NCBI GenBank assembly: GCA_051530055.1
Contig: CM121343.1
Location: forward strand, 4,496,389-4,560,388
From: Neoechinorhynchus agilis
Lineage: Eukaryota > Animalia > Acanthocephala
DNA length: 64,000 nt
Direction of reading: 5' to 3'
The position numbers and the translations under genes were made by a program. Shown piece by piece: positions 50,217-64,000 of this stretch (its first letter is position 1; each line of letters begins with the position of its first letter). The notes below the pieces were generated by a model that did not search any database, was not told the origin of the DNA, and worked only from the letters and a program-made list of their open reading frames with translations.

Positions 50217-53200
50217 TTATACAAGGTTGTTCCACAAAAAATAGCAAGCTGAGTTGACAAATGCATTCACACAGGCAACCGCCATTTCAGTCGGAACATT
50301 TTTAGACCTTCGAACCACGTCAATTAACTTAAATTACAAAAATGATACGAAACACAATATTAACCGATATACTTACCATAATTGCGTGGCCATTGAACGT
50401 ACCAGTTGATATATTGCTAGGTATACTCCCACTATGGCGGCTGAGTCGATCTATTGATGGATTGTCGGGTGTGACTTCATCCATATTTAAACCGCCAATA
50501 CTTAAACCACCGATTGAAAACGCTGATTGGTTTACTTTAATCAGAATAAAAGCCTCTGTTATTTCGAATTCACCATATACTGATAACTGTGAAGTTCCGG
50601 ATTTTCCAGTAAATACAAAGCTTCGTCCGGGTTTTATATCGCCTGCAGCATGCACTCCAGAAAACAGACAAATGTATGTTGTACCAGATTCATGGAATGA
50701 ACTCGCTGAAGTTTTCGGCGATGTAATGTATTCAAGAAATCGACTTGCCAAATCCCCTTGTAGATTGACTAACGATTCTAACCTCGAATCCAGTTCGGTT
50801 AAGCTATTTGAAACAGTATGGCATAACAAATCCTCAAATTCATTAAACGAGAGAGGAGGCCCTCGCCCTGTAACATTGTTTCCTTGATTTTGCGAGTTGC
50901 AATTCCATTGGACAAGCCGTGTCCAAAGTCGGTCGCGGAGAAAAGATTTCGAAGCATCGGACACTATGTTTTGGAAAAATGCCCTTGTGGATATTGAAAA
51001 AGCGTTGATTTTGTGTTCAATATCCGCAACGACTGTTTCATCACGTTTAGTGACTAGGAAAGTCGAATGAACGGGTAAGATACTTCCGATCGCGTTTAGT
51101 TTTATTATATCATCAGATGCTTCCCATGCTGGAGAACTTGATGTGCTGGATGGTGATGAAGTCTTAGTATTCCTTTTCAAAGAATTTTCAGCTGTATTGA
51201 CAAAGTTGGAGGACTTGACACTGACTTTATGTGCTTCATTAGCTAACGGAAGTAAATCACTTTTATGCATCATTATTGTAAACGCAGTGATTTTGACAGA
51301 GTTGACAGAATATCGATTTGTAACTTGAGGTTTACTTGGCTGGAAAGCAGATAAAATCGACTCATCGTTAATTTCACTTAAAGTACAAGTCGAGCCTGTT
51401 TGTGGAGACGGAAAATATGCTAGACGGCATACATTGAAATGTGGATCGCTTTGGCTCGAGTGAAGAATAAAGCTTGGACTCTAAATTACAATATGAAATG
51501 CATAAAAATAAAACATTTAAAGCGTTTTTCCAAGATTAACTATAAGCAGATTCCCAAAAATTCTTGATTTGAGTCTTAAATTGAAATGATGGACTCAATT
51601 ACCTCATATCGCATGTTCATTTTTCTGACATCAATACCATATTCCTCAACATGGACGATAATATATTCAAAGACGTCAGCTGGCATAGCTTGGATATCGA
51701 TATACCAATCCTCTGATTCACACGTAAAAATAAAAATCAAATTAGGAAATACGTACCCTGCCAAGCGATATTTCTGGCATATATTGGTCGATCAGCATAA
51801 TAGGTAAGAAAGTCATGAAGAAAGACGATGACAGGGAAATTCTCCGTTAGAGTCTTTGATTGGTTAACGAGGTACTGGTAAAGTAATCTCAAGTGAAAAT
51901 CATACGTAAAAGAGTTAAAGTGAGTTATATCGCGTATCCGATCACCGGCGTCTTCCAAACTGGGTGTGGATAGTAGAATGTCGCTGGCATTCGGTTCATG
52001 TTCGTAGAAATATACTTTCACAACAAAAAAGTGACCAAGTTCCTCCGAACTCCTCACCATTTCGATCAAGACAATCCCGACGCCTCGAATAGTTTTTTGG
52101 ATTACAAGAGGAGACGTTCCTTCAGTAATGACAACTGGAGAGAATCCCGCAGTGCTCAAATAGTTTTGATATTGTTGAAAGAAAAGATTGGCCATGTCTT
52201 GTCGCCATAGTGGATCATCCCCTTCGTCATATTCTTCATCCATCCGCATATCGTCTCCGGTCAATATCTGACAGTCGTGATCATCCTCTGCAATAGTTTC
52301 ATTACTGTCTCTACAGCCTCCTTTAACAATCGCTGAGAAGCTTCTTAGCCCGTACGACCCAGTGACGGATCGATTGACTTGATTCCGATGTTCGTTAAAG
52401 CTTGGCAACTTTCGTTGTCTTGTATCTTGTAATTCTGAACTAAACTTGGATTTAGCTGTCGGCGGAGAATTTGAATTGCATTGAATAGGCATTGCGGATG
52501 AGTCTAAAGTAAGACTTAACTGTGATTTAATGCATTCACGGACGTTGTTATAGAAAAGTAGAGGAGTAGCGACCGAATGTAAGCACCGACTGTTTTGTTT
52601 GAGGATATTAAGAGTGTTCACCGTAATCGGTGCTTTTTGACGTACAAGCCAACTTTCATAAAGAGTTCTCAATTTGTCCTCGCAATAATAATTTTCGTGA
52701 TAAATCGATTTTAATTCCAATGCCCACTTTCCAAATAGGCTAACCGGATCAGGCTGTTGATCGCATGCCACAACTGGTGCAACAATGTCGATCGGAAGTG
52801 CCCTTTTTATCATTAAATAATCATCGAAGCTACTGCACTTGTATGGATCAGAATATCCGATCTTTCGATTTTCGAACTGCACCGAAGGCGTTGCACGGTG
52901 GAGTATTGTTAGAGCGTTTCCGGCATTCTTTTTAACGTCGGAGCTTGTGCATTGGTCAGTCGTTCCTACCAAGACAGAAGACATATCATGTGAGTCGGCT
53001 GGAGAATTGATTGAAAAGATGTTCAGATTAAAGAAGTTAAGCTGTTGAAGTAGAATTGAAGTTAATAGAGTTCCACGTCTCGCGTGCAATCGACAAATCT
53101 TGTTCATTTGTGAGCATACAGCATCGGATAGAGATGATGACCAGTTATAACAATAAAGGGTAATTGTATCGTTTAGAACGTGAAGTATAACAAAAGATTG

Positions 53201-56200
53201 CCTTGGAACGCAAAATCGACATTCCTTCTGATCGCATTGAATAGGTTCATACCTCATGCAATAGCACGAAGTATAATGCATCGATTCTTCTACTGGTTCA
53301 CTTGGCATAGTTCCGTTACTGTACATTTTGATCCACAAATCGATATCGCGGACCATCACCACAATATCAACTGGCACTGAGTGCGTTTCCGTACTCAATG
53401 AACAAATAATTTTTTTGATGAACTGATGATTGTCGTCGCAGATCACATATTCATCATCCGATGATCGATGATAAAGAACGATGTCCAGCCGAATTTTCGC
53501 CCTCAACCATCGAATAAACTGGTCCAGTGCTCGAAGGACTAAAAAATCGTACGGCAGAGCATGTCGCACCTTCTTGAATTCCGTATCGTCTAAAAATTCT
53601 ATCAGACCTAACCATATACAGTGAAATACTCACATTTTGAATTCGCGAAGTCTAACCATTCCAATATAAACAAGAACTTTGAAACTTTTAAGGAGCCATA
53701 ATAGTAAGGATGGTCTTGGTAAGTAATGGTGTTGTAAGCAGTTTGAACTGCACTGCTTCGACAAAAATCAGTGTTTGCACGCTATTTGCAGAAAGTTCAT
53801 TTTATTAGGCAGTAATATTAGTCAAGGTATTTTAGCCAAAAAAACCTTTAAACTTTACTTACCGATAGAAATAAAAGATTTTCCCTGTATATTGAACATA
53901 ACCCTACGTCTTCTTACGTTAAAGCATACGCTTCTCATTTGGAACTATTTAACAAAGCGACTTAAACTTCCAATTTATTTTTATAGAGAGGGTCGAGAGA
54001 GTTTGCCCATTCGACCTTGTTAAATTTATTGTTTTTTGAGTCGTGTCCAAATTAAAAATATTTACTTTTATACACGAAACGACAGTTTGTCTTAAACTAA
54101 GGTTCAAATATGTGTTCAATTTCTGATTCTATAAATGGATTAAACTGAACAAAAAAGACGACTATATGAGGTGGGAAAAACCTGCAAACTACAATGCGAT
54201 GTTTGGTAACACGGGATATACCTTTCGTGAAAATGCGAATTCCGGAGATGCAGTTGACGATCTTCCTCCTAGATGCGATTTAAGTCTAAGTAAAAACTTT
54301 AGGCAATAATACTAACGGCTTGTTGGAGTGCGAGGAGAAGCCGAATCCATAGTTATGATGGCTGGAAAAGGATCCGATAAAACCATGTATTCTGTTAGAA
54401 GAAGAATCATTGCATTTGTAAGGCATGGTTCCACTTTCGACATAAGATCATCTACATCAAGTTCCCCTCTTTTCCATATCCTTAGTTTTAGTGTATACCT
54501 CGACGATTCATAAGGACTGGAGTTCTTGTGCGGTATAGGTCTTATTTGCATCCATTTGATGAATCCCTCGCGTCCTTTCGATATGAATGTATCCAGACAA
54601 TCACTTCGTAAGCTCGATGGATGTTGAAGGTTAACAAACAATCCATTGCAGTCGCAGATTCCAGCTTCTATCCATGCGACTCCTTGATTTCCAATGCCAA
54701 CTGCGCGGTAAATAGTGTGAATGAAGCAGAAGCACAAGTCGTTCTGGGGAACGACTAATGATGCGGCAGATGAAGAAGGACAAGACATCCTGGAAGGAGT
54801 TAGAGCATCTCCGGATAACATATAAGTGCCAGGATTGTACGATAAGGTCGGAGTAGTTAGTCTGTTTGGTGAATAGGCATCTTCGGAATAATTTGGAACT
54901 ATTAGGAATTGACTTAAAGCTTGCTTTAAGTAATGCATATATTCGCTGATATAATTGTAGTTTTCACACTCGGTCACCGCGTAATAATATACATGCTCAC
55001 GATCCTGATTTCGTTTTATAAACTAAAGAAATACACATTGTTGTCTGAATCAATTGAAAGCTAAAAAAAGCGCATACCTGAACGTCGTCAGCGTATAATC
55101 GGCACTTCGAATTACGCTGTAAAATCTCTAGCAGCTCCGCCAGTGTTTCAGCGTCCAACCGTTTTGATACCAATGGAATTATATGATCCTTTACGGCTTG
55201 ATCTAGATCGCCATTTAGGTTTAATTTTTGAAAATTTTTTTTACCAGGTTCATTGAGACCATATACGTGAATGGCTACAGAATTGATGCGGTTACTCGAA
55301 CCTGCAAGTGTAGGCGCCTCCATTGTACTGTGAGTTAACATATTTTCGTAATCAACGAAGGATATCGGTCTTCGTTTGTACTTTAATTCACGGAAATCGA
55401 TGAGCGAGTCAGGATTCGATATGTCATTTGTACTACCAGCGTCTCCTGCACTCCTATATTCGCCCAAATAGTTTTCTTTCACTCTAATTGTACAGTATGA
55501 ACAAAAAGATATTAAATGGTTAATTTTGACTCACATCATGTAGTAAATTGAAGCAGTCTCTATTCGCCTATATACAAACATATTGCGTCGATTGTAAATA
55601 ATGAAGCTATGAAGTGCATTTTCAACAGTCGCGAATCCTAAAATGATTTTTTGATACTAAAAAACTTTGAAATGCAGCGGATCGTTTTCGTATTATACCA
55701 AGGGGACCTCAGTAATTTTTTTATAGACTAACGGTGGAAGCGTAAATCGAACGTTTAGTCTACTCAAGAAGAGCATAGTATATTTTTAAATATAAGCACT
55801 CCATGGATTATACATATTTGCGAGCTTATAGATTTAATATTTTGAAATAGGAAAACGTTGCAAAATAATATTAAGGAAGGCTCAAAAATGCTCCAAACTG
55901 CGACGTTCAGATAACTGCTTTTACATACCTTTAGTGTGCTTTACATTCATGGTCCTTAGTCTTGGATGGAGCGTAAAAATGACTGTCCATTGCAGATCAC
56001 AGGCGAACTGCCCTGGCTTTAATGAAAGATCAAGCTTAGCGGCCAAGTATTTATCCTCTTGAACATTTTCCGCTAAATATATTTTGTTAGATTTTATTCC
56101 TTCAAAAAGGATAATACTAACTCGAGCTTAAGTTTCCTTCGTCTTCATCGGGTACAAGAAATGGCGCGCACATCCGTGTATCCTCAAGATCAATCAGAAT

Positions 56201-59200
56201 CATTTTCTTGTTCACCCAAAGGCATATAGACTCAACAGCTCCAAGCAATTTATTAAACACCAGATTAGCTTCCTCGGCAAGTGAACCACCAACATCTGCG
56301 TCACGTATCTGCAAAAGGATATCAGCAAAATGTGTTGGAGCATCTTTTGCTTCAGCTCGGGATGGTAGCGATCTAAATTTGATTAATAACCAAAATCCAG
56401 GTAGGATTTTAGGGCTCATCCATGTATCCACATCTTGAAACATTGTCTCCTCGTCAACAGAGCATGAAGATCGAGTAAATAGTCGGTCGTTGAGAACTCT
56501 TTCAGGATCAGAACGAAATCTTTTGCGATCACGAAACTCACCCACGACATGCTCATACCTGCACCACGAGTGTCGACGCTTGCATGGCTCGTATTCGTCC
56601 GTATCCTCTTGGCTCACCAAAGCAACCACGTATAAATGAGACGTAACCTGGAGCAATTTGTGGCACCTCCCCATTTTGTTATCTGTATCAGTTTGTATGG
56701 TCAACAATTGCAGTTCCTGTAAGAAAGCTTCAAACGACGGTTGAACACCCATTATGAACTTCAATGGGTGCGAAGCTCGACGGCAATTTCGTGTAATATT
56801 TCGCTTCCCAATTGTATCAATCTTTAGGATGTGATCAGCGACATGATTGATTTGATCGAGAGATATCGTAAAAGACAGCATCGATGCGATAAATTCATCA
56901 TCGAGAACCCAGTTCAATTCCCTCATACACCTCGCCATCACAGATCGTTTCTTTTTTAGTCTACTAGGTACATAAGTACCATGAGGCGGTGATATATTAG
57001 ATACATTAAAGGACCCACACGGTGAATTTACGCTATAATGTGGATGCTGATGAAGATACTGTAGACGTTGGGAAGGATGAAACAAGTGGACGTATGGTGG
57101 AATTTGCGGGTGAACAATGTAGTTTAAGCAACTTCGCACATTTCGAGAACTCTCAGCATTGCAAGAAGCGGGTCCTCCGATACATATTGAATCAGACTGA
57201 GTGCGTTCGCTATCAATATCATCATCAAACTGTTCAGTCGATATTTCTTTATTGATTTGAGATAGTTTCGCCTCTTCGAAGCTGTTTAACGGAACCATCG
57301 AGACGACGTCCAACATAACGGCAACTTCCGACATGGGTGCGGACGGAATCATACAATCCATTTCATGTAAGAGAAATGTTATGCATAATGGAAATTGCAG
57401 ATTTGGATCAAATGGAATAATTTTGTCACAAGATCGACAGATGAATCGCAAGGAGAATGATACGAAGAAAGGAACATTTTGGTGTTGCGAGCTTTCCATC
57501 CCCATCGATATATCAGCCTGACTATGTTTTGAACTAGGCTGGAAGATAAACGATTCAGGAATATATGACACGCTATGTATTTCTACTCACCAGATCGTAT
57601 GAATAATAGAAGATGTCACTACAGTTATTGACTGGTTGAAAGTATTGATTGATTACTTTTAAAAGTCGTTGACGAAATACAATCGGATCTCGGTTTAGCG
57701 GTTTACAGGGTTGTATCGAAGCATGCAATGCAGGAGAAGACCTAAAATTAAAAGTATTCAATATTAGCTATATATTTTTTTCTACACGTTTTCAATTGAA
57801 ACATTGGATTTTTTAGTAACGAATTGTACCCGTGCATGTAAGGCCGATAAATAAGATTTACAAAAAATATAAATTGACAAAGCCGCTCTATACAAATTCT
57901 ACTAATATTGAATAACTTCGAAATTTAAATGGAAGGATGAGATATTAACAGAAGATGCATTAATGGATTATCCACTACTTACAATTCCGGAAAATTCATC
58001 ATGTGGGTGCAATATAACCGGATCATATCCGTTAGGATAAGTTCGTTGCTTGTCTCCTGGCAGATCGATAGAGCAAACTCTAGATCACTTCTCTCTATAG
58101 TCATGTCTCGGCGACAACATTCGAATATTCCTAAAATATACAATTTTTCCGTGTGTAATCAAAGGTAAAAAGTGCAACATATACCACTTATGAGGATATT
58201 ATCAAAATTTTCCCGAAGTTCATTGCAATGCTTGTACAAAACGTCAAGTGCTTCTTCTTCTGCCAAAGATTGAGCTGTACTGGAGCGACTTCTATTTCGT
58301 TTTCTCTGATGTAAAGCTTTATAGCCGACGGTTGCGTGTGAAATAATCGGAGATGATGTAGCTATGTTCAAGCCATGACTGATAGCGGCATTACATTGAG
58401 CAGATATTGAAACTTGCTGGCATTCATCACCAGATCGGGTGTAATCGAAAACGATTGTATCCGATCTTAAAGAATTCACCAAAGATGAGAATGATCCAGA
58501 TACGTGTAGTATGGAGTTTGATGAATTTTGTCCACGAGATGAGGAATTCGAGACGTTTGACCATAAACGGCTCGATAATGCGGATTTAGAGATGTAGTAC
58601 ATAAAGACTGGCAAATATTTATGGGGTCCTGGAACCAGTCGCTCGCGGCACAACGCATCGCATTGTAAGTGTTCATTCCAGCAATCAAGAACGTCAAGTG
58701 TTGGAGCAATTATTACTAGGCAGGCAGACGCAAGCGGCTTTAGAAAGCATTTCCACCCAACATCATTTGGCTTAAGATTTTGAAGGAATGCATTAAGTTT
58801 TAAAGACAACTTCGCTGCAGATTCAACTCGTTTGAGAGAACGACTAATCCATTGCACAGCATTTTGGTGTTCTTTAAATATATCGTATTCGTGATTGCAA
58901 CAAGCTGTCCGGCTTAACAGTGAGTATAATTTTGTTAGAAGAACCGAGTTGGCATTCGCGGTCGCAAAACTGGTTAGGACTGCTAATGCTTGACAGCTTT
59001 GATCCAACAGTGACAATGGGTCGAAAATGAATGGTAAGTTATGGATGTGATCAGTTATTGCTGAACAAGCTACACAACCATCGTGAGCATCTATGTTCTC
59101 ACGCAATGTAGGTTCAATCCAATTCTTTAGCTCGCTATGTGTTTTTCCTGACACAGTATCATTCCATTGCACGTAAATTTCATGGATAGTTTCAAGATCG

Positions 59201-62200
59201 GCTACTCGACATGGTAAGAGGTATTCCAAGGACATAAATAGTTTAAATATTTCGTCATCTTCATATTTAATCTGGTCAGCGATGCTATCGAATGTGTTAA
59301 GACCGGTGGAATTATCTCCATTCTGAGGCTCCAACCAACATTCCGAAATAAAATAGATTTCTTTGTCCGCTTTCAAAGGTCGATTTTCAAGAAGCCTATT
59401 CAATCATTTTTAGGAAGACTTAATAGTTCAATACAAACTAAACTGACCTTGAAAAGAAGAATGGCTCGCTGCATTGAATGGGAAATACAACATACTGAGC
59501 GAAGCATGAAACTACTTCACAAGATCGCTAAGTTAAAATCGTGTTACTGAGAGTTTATTCTTTATGACTTAGAGTCTGGTACAATTGCAAATATTAATTA
59601 GTTTTACGTTATAATTATTTTTAGGGCGATATACATAAGAGATTTTCATGACGGTCCGCCATATAAAAACATGAACAATTCAACTAATTTTCTGGAAAAG
59701 TATTTGCATAAGGCGCGATGATCGCAGTCCGCGTGGTTTACCAACACATCTCTTAAATACCACAAGTTTTTCCGTCTCCAAGAATATTAAATTAACGTTA
59801 TTTGTACTTTCGTCAATTACATGCTGTGATTTCTGTTTATGAAAATCGAGCGAAATTTTTGCCTCAGTTTATAGATAAATCACAAAGATCTTTAGAACGT
59901 AGAAATTTTGAAGCATTGTTTGAATTTTACAAATTCAATCGCGTAAATTAAGTAATTTAAGTATAACAGTACTTTTATCCCACTATGCGGCCGTAAAACA
60001 TTTATTTCTCTGGTTTATCAAGCAGTAAAATGTTTGCGTAAAATGCAACCTCTTTATTCTAAAAGGTCACTTTCTTAGTTAACGAATTAAAAAAACGTCG
60101 CGCCATTAAGTGCACAAACGTCCTAGAAACTTCCTTGATGCAGAATTAAAATACAGTGACTGCATCAATATTTCGAAAGCAAATAAAAAGTTAGAAACGA
60201 GATCGTATAAAAAATCGCCCCGTTCAACTAACCATTAGAGCAAACTCGTTGAACAATACGTGAACGCCTTGATTGTTTGATTGCGCGAAATGAAATCCTT
60301 TTGAAAGTCGTTGCCTCCAATGATCGTTATAAGAGGGCTAAAATATAAAAAATACTTACCCAATAATTGTACTAATGATTGCTTCGACACACTCGACATT
60401 TATGGGATTATTCTCAAAATCAGCAAACGTTCTAATCCAAACTTTTCGATGAAAAAAGCGGGAGAGAGCGTTTCTTTGAATTGTGGACGGATCATTATCT
60501 AGTACTTCTTGGTAATTTTCTGACCAGTTTTTTCCCATTGGTTGATTGTGAATATGATCGTAACTAAACATCCATTCACAATTGATTAAGCTACTTTAAA
60601 TGTATTCTTACTTAATCAGTAACTCATGAATTAATGGTCTAGGTAGGCGATAAAATGGTACGGGTAATGGCGACACCGGTGGATTCTCCCACCGGACCGT
60701 ATGACGCTCGATTACCGGGCACCTTTTAGTTTTCTTTGATAGCGGAGAAGCACTGAATTGATTTACGATAGTAAGATTACTTAGGCTTGCAAGCGTATTA
60801 GCGGAAGCGGATCGGCATCGCAACACTGGGATATTCCGGGAGACGTCGTGCAGAACCTTTTTTGGAGAGTGCCGGACAAGCAATTGAAGAACCTTGAACT
60901 CACGCCTGCGCACATTTCCTGGCTGGCAGCATAACTGAAGTAAAAGCGAAGGATGATGAAGAATGGACTAGATGGGGATTCATATGAATGTAAAAGGCAG
61001 AATCTAATAGGTAGACTTGAATTTCCTGCTGAATCGCTTAAAGATAAAGCAACTTTAACGATTATCAAATAGACTAGAAGAACATACCTATCGAAAAATT
61101 TGAGAAACATTTGATTTTCCAGTAAGGTTATTGGAAAGTATTCTTGTAAATAAACATTTAAATCTTGCCTCGCTTTTCTACACCTTACAAACGAAAATCC
61201 ATTGGCATCATTTGATATCGCGAAGCTGGGCAACGGTATGTCATGTTCAAGCAGTAGCGTTATTTTAAAATCCCGGAGATACCAGCACCAATAGGATGGA
61301 TGGACAGATATCAGTGGTTTCCATATCATACAAAACTTGGTAGTTGAGTGGTCTCTATAAAGTTTGCTAAATAGTTTAGAGGTGATTTGTACAAATTCAA
61401 ACGATTTACCTCCGAAGTTGTTTTGCGAGTTCCAGCTTCCCCGTAGAAATTTGTATAAAGACGGGAACGGTACTTTTAAACGTTTCACAGGTACATTCAG
61501 TTATGGAATACATGAACGAGACCATAATGCGATCTATTTGTATCGTCCTATATTGGCGGCAAATGATTTTGAAACAAAAAAAAGAAATATACCTGGAGAC
61601 TGTTCCATCTACAAGTTGCTTCGTTTTAGCCCCGACGCATTTCTTGTGTGCTGGAATGCACCTTTGATCACTTTCGCTATATATCGTAACAACACTTTGG
61701 ACATCCCCACTTCCAGACGAAGGATGAGGTCCAAAAGCTATACACGTGGAACCAACAATTTTGTAGCACAATCTGTAAGGACCGATACAACTCCTTACAA
61801 GTCTCACTACAAGGTCTCCATTGTCAAGCATTTGTATACCGGGTTCCTCATTGGCAAACGATCTTATGGCATAACCATGGCCAGCGATTTTAAGGCATAC
61901 CAACTCCGGAACACTAAATGGCATCTTTAGCTCAGCGTAATGTTTAACGACATGTCTTGATTTATCCGGTCCAACTGGTTCATGCGAAAAGAAACTACAC
62001 AGTAATATCCTATGTAACGGATATTTAAGTAACTCGAAATTTTTATCATGCACGCGTGGAACGACCAAGCTTCCAAGGCTTTCCATTGACGATGAAACCA
62101 TCGCAAAAAGAGTAGCCGATTTGAAATTGGAGGAAATGCAAGCCCTTCCGTACGAGAGATGGGATGTTGGCTCTAATGTCGTGGATTGATTCTCTGGTGG

Positions 62201-63147
62201 TTCAGCGACAACAACACAGAGACCAATGTGTCTCTGAAGTAATGATTTGCGATAGGATTCAAGCAGTCCAGGATTGCTTATGCTCATAAGCCCGTCTGTT
62301 ATCAAAATAATCAATCTTCGATCAGTTCTACCGAACATGTCGGCTCCACATTGACACTCAGAATCGGGCATCATGTTCAATAACATTATTCCAGAATTTA
62401 GCACATTGCATAACTCGTTGCTCAAATCACTCAATAGTTTACACTCTTCACCACTTTTTAGATCCAAATTTCCGATCATTTTATTAGATTTGTATTTCAC
62501 CCGCCATATTTCATAAACTAATGTTTTCAAACGAGCATTTACAATCTCCATTATTTCGTCCAAACGTGTATTATTGTCCAAAACGAGACAATTAACAATA
62601 ACTTGTTGAGAGGAGTTCCCAAGATTTATTGGAAAGTGAGCCATTATTGATATGTAAATCTCTGGCTTAAAAAGAGTCGATCCATCCGAAGCATATACGG
62701 GCTCACAGAGTTGCTGAAGAAGAGATTGTAACTGCACCGCAATCAGTTCCGCATTTATGAGTTTATAACGATAGTGTACAAAACTAGATGATTCGCTCAC
62801 TTCAAAGGTGTTCAAAGGAAATAGCGTACATTGAGCACCTTTGATCATAGGTCCATTAGAATCGCAAGTTTGTAGGAATGTGAGAAAATATAAGGTCGAC
62901 TGTCGGTGTCAATGTATACTGCATCTGCGTGGTAATTGTTTGGCGTTAGAAATGTTTCGGATTTACCATTTGTCCTTAGTCTTGCAGCGATTACATTGAA
63001 CCTTTTGTCTTCTGATGAAGGCCCAACAACAATCGAGCGCTTTTCTATTAAGGTATCCATATACCATCTAATCATTTCTCCCTTCGTAATTATGTCTTTT
63101 TTGGACGTGGGCAATATATATACTTGGTCTGCGATTTGAGGTATCAT
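50217..63147 (-). CDS. SZT2: SZT2 (KICSTOR subunit), more than 20 exons
   Basis: ADQVYILP, FKPEIYISI, WKPLISVHPSYW..LLLEHDIPLP, RLSKGFHF, AQYVVFP, FISECWLEPQNG, PGQFACD, NRRNMFVY, RLDAETL, THFNSFTYDFHLR and a C-terminal CYFLWNNLV* all match the SZT2 layout as I recall it. Exons between ~53600 and 54220 are not fully resolved. Confidence 0.93.
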
Positions 63148-64000
63148 TAAGCCGGTGTGAACGTTTGTCTGAAAATAAGTTAGGTAAATTGATAAATTCA
63201 TACAGTAATCGAATATAATGTACTAAACTGCTTTTACTTTGATAGCTGCAATATAATGCTTCGTACTATTTGATTACCTCCCATTTTTCGTCGGTTTCAC
63301 TACAAATATATTTCAATTTTTAGGTAGCTAGTGATCACTGTCATCAATGTTCTTAAAAAAATTCAAAATAAAAATTCATTGGCTCGGTTTTATAAAGTAA
63401 GATATATAAAACACCGAAAAATCTTTATCCCAAGAAACCTTAGAATTTAATTAAGTACTAAATGCCCTAAGATAAAATTGAAGAGTTCTTTTTCTAAATT
63501 TATATGTTTTCATGGGTGAAGCGCATCGCTCAGAGTGCGAATTCGCTTTCGTAAGACTTAAATCAAACATCTATTTGTGAACAAATTCTTCTTATCAGAT
63601 AATAAATAACAAGTTCAAATTAAAAGATTTGCCATTAAAAATCATGGTTGAATGCAATGATGATTACCGCATTTATCTAAGATATGGTTTATCGATTCAC
63701 GTTTCCGTCATGTTATATCATAGATGGACCATGGTTAATGTCGTTGAATGGTATTATCCGATCTGCAGAATAAAAGGTCCTTCAATTCATATATTTCCGT
63801 CGATAGTAAAAGAAATATTCGTCGCCCGATTATTCTCTGTCGAATTTCATCTTGCACTGTATTTATCTCGTTGCTTTTGTTATTTCCGGAGTATTTAAAC
63901 TTTAGATGAATCGCCAATGATCGTTACGATCTCAAGGTTTTATATATGCCTTTCAATCCTTTCCAGCACCTTTCTAATGAAACTGATCACGTGGTGAACA

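Noticed and set aside
61358-61445. Apparent +1 frameshift in SZT2 at a G4 run
   Set aside because: It is explained by a canonical 43-nt GT-AG intron that restores the conserved spacing.

Overview
This is eukaryotic (animal) genomic DNA from a compact genome with very short introns, mostly 41-55 nt. There are no prokaryotic features or CRISPR arrays. Recognisable genes are FAF2/UBXD8, DDX3/PL10, MTCH2, TM9SF3, PI4KA, SZT2 and a highly divergent intronless alpha-tubulin-like gene. The window also holds several orphan ORFs (zinc-ribbon, MS4A-like, secreted Cys-rich, a 651-aa low-complexity ORF), a ~36-copy 73-bp tandem array, decayed LINE and CRE-clade retrotransposon pieces, and four intergenic hairpins. 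I traced the exon junctions of the conserved genes by hand. About 30 are ordinary GT-AG. Four, in TM9SF3, PI4KA (two) and SZT2, restore the reading frame most simply with a GG or GA 5' splice dinucleotide. All three GG cases have the context C|GGT, one base upstream of a GT. This suggests a relaxed 5' splice-site system and is the top lead; consensus errors and some alternative junctions remain possible. The second lead is operon-like packing plus 3' splice-acceptor motifs just before most start codons, which points to spliced-leader trans-splicing. My impression that the organism is a rotifer/acanthocephalan relative (Syndermata) is unverified.
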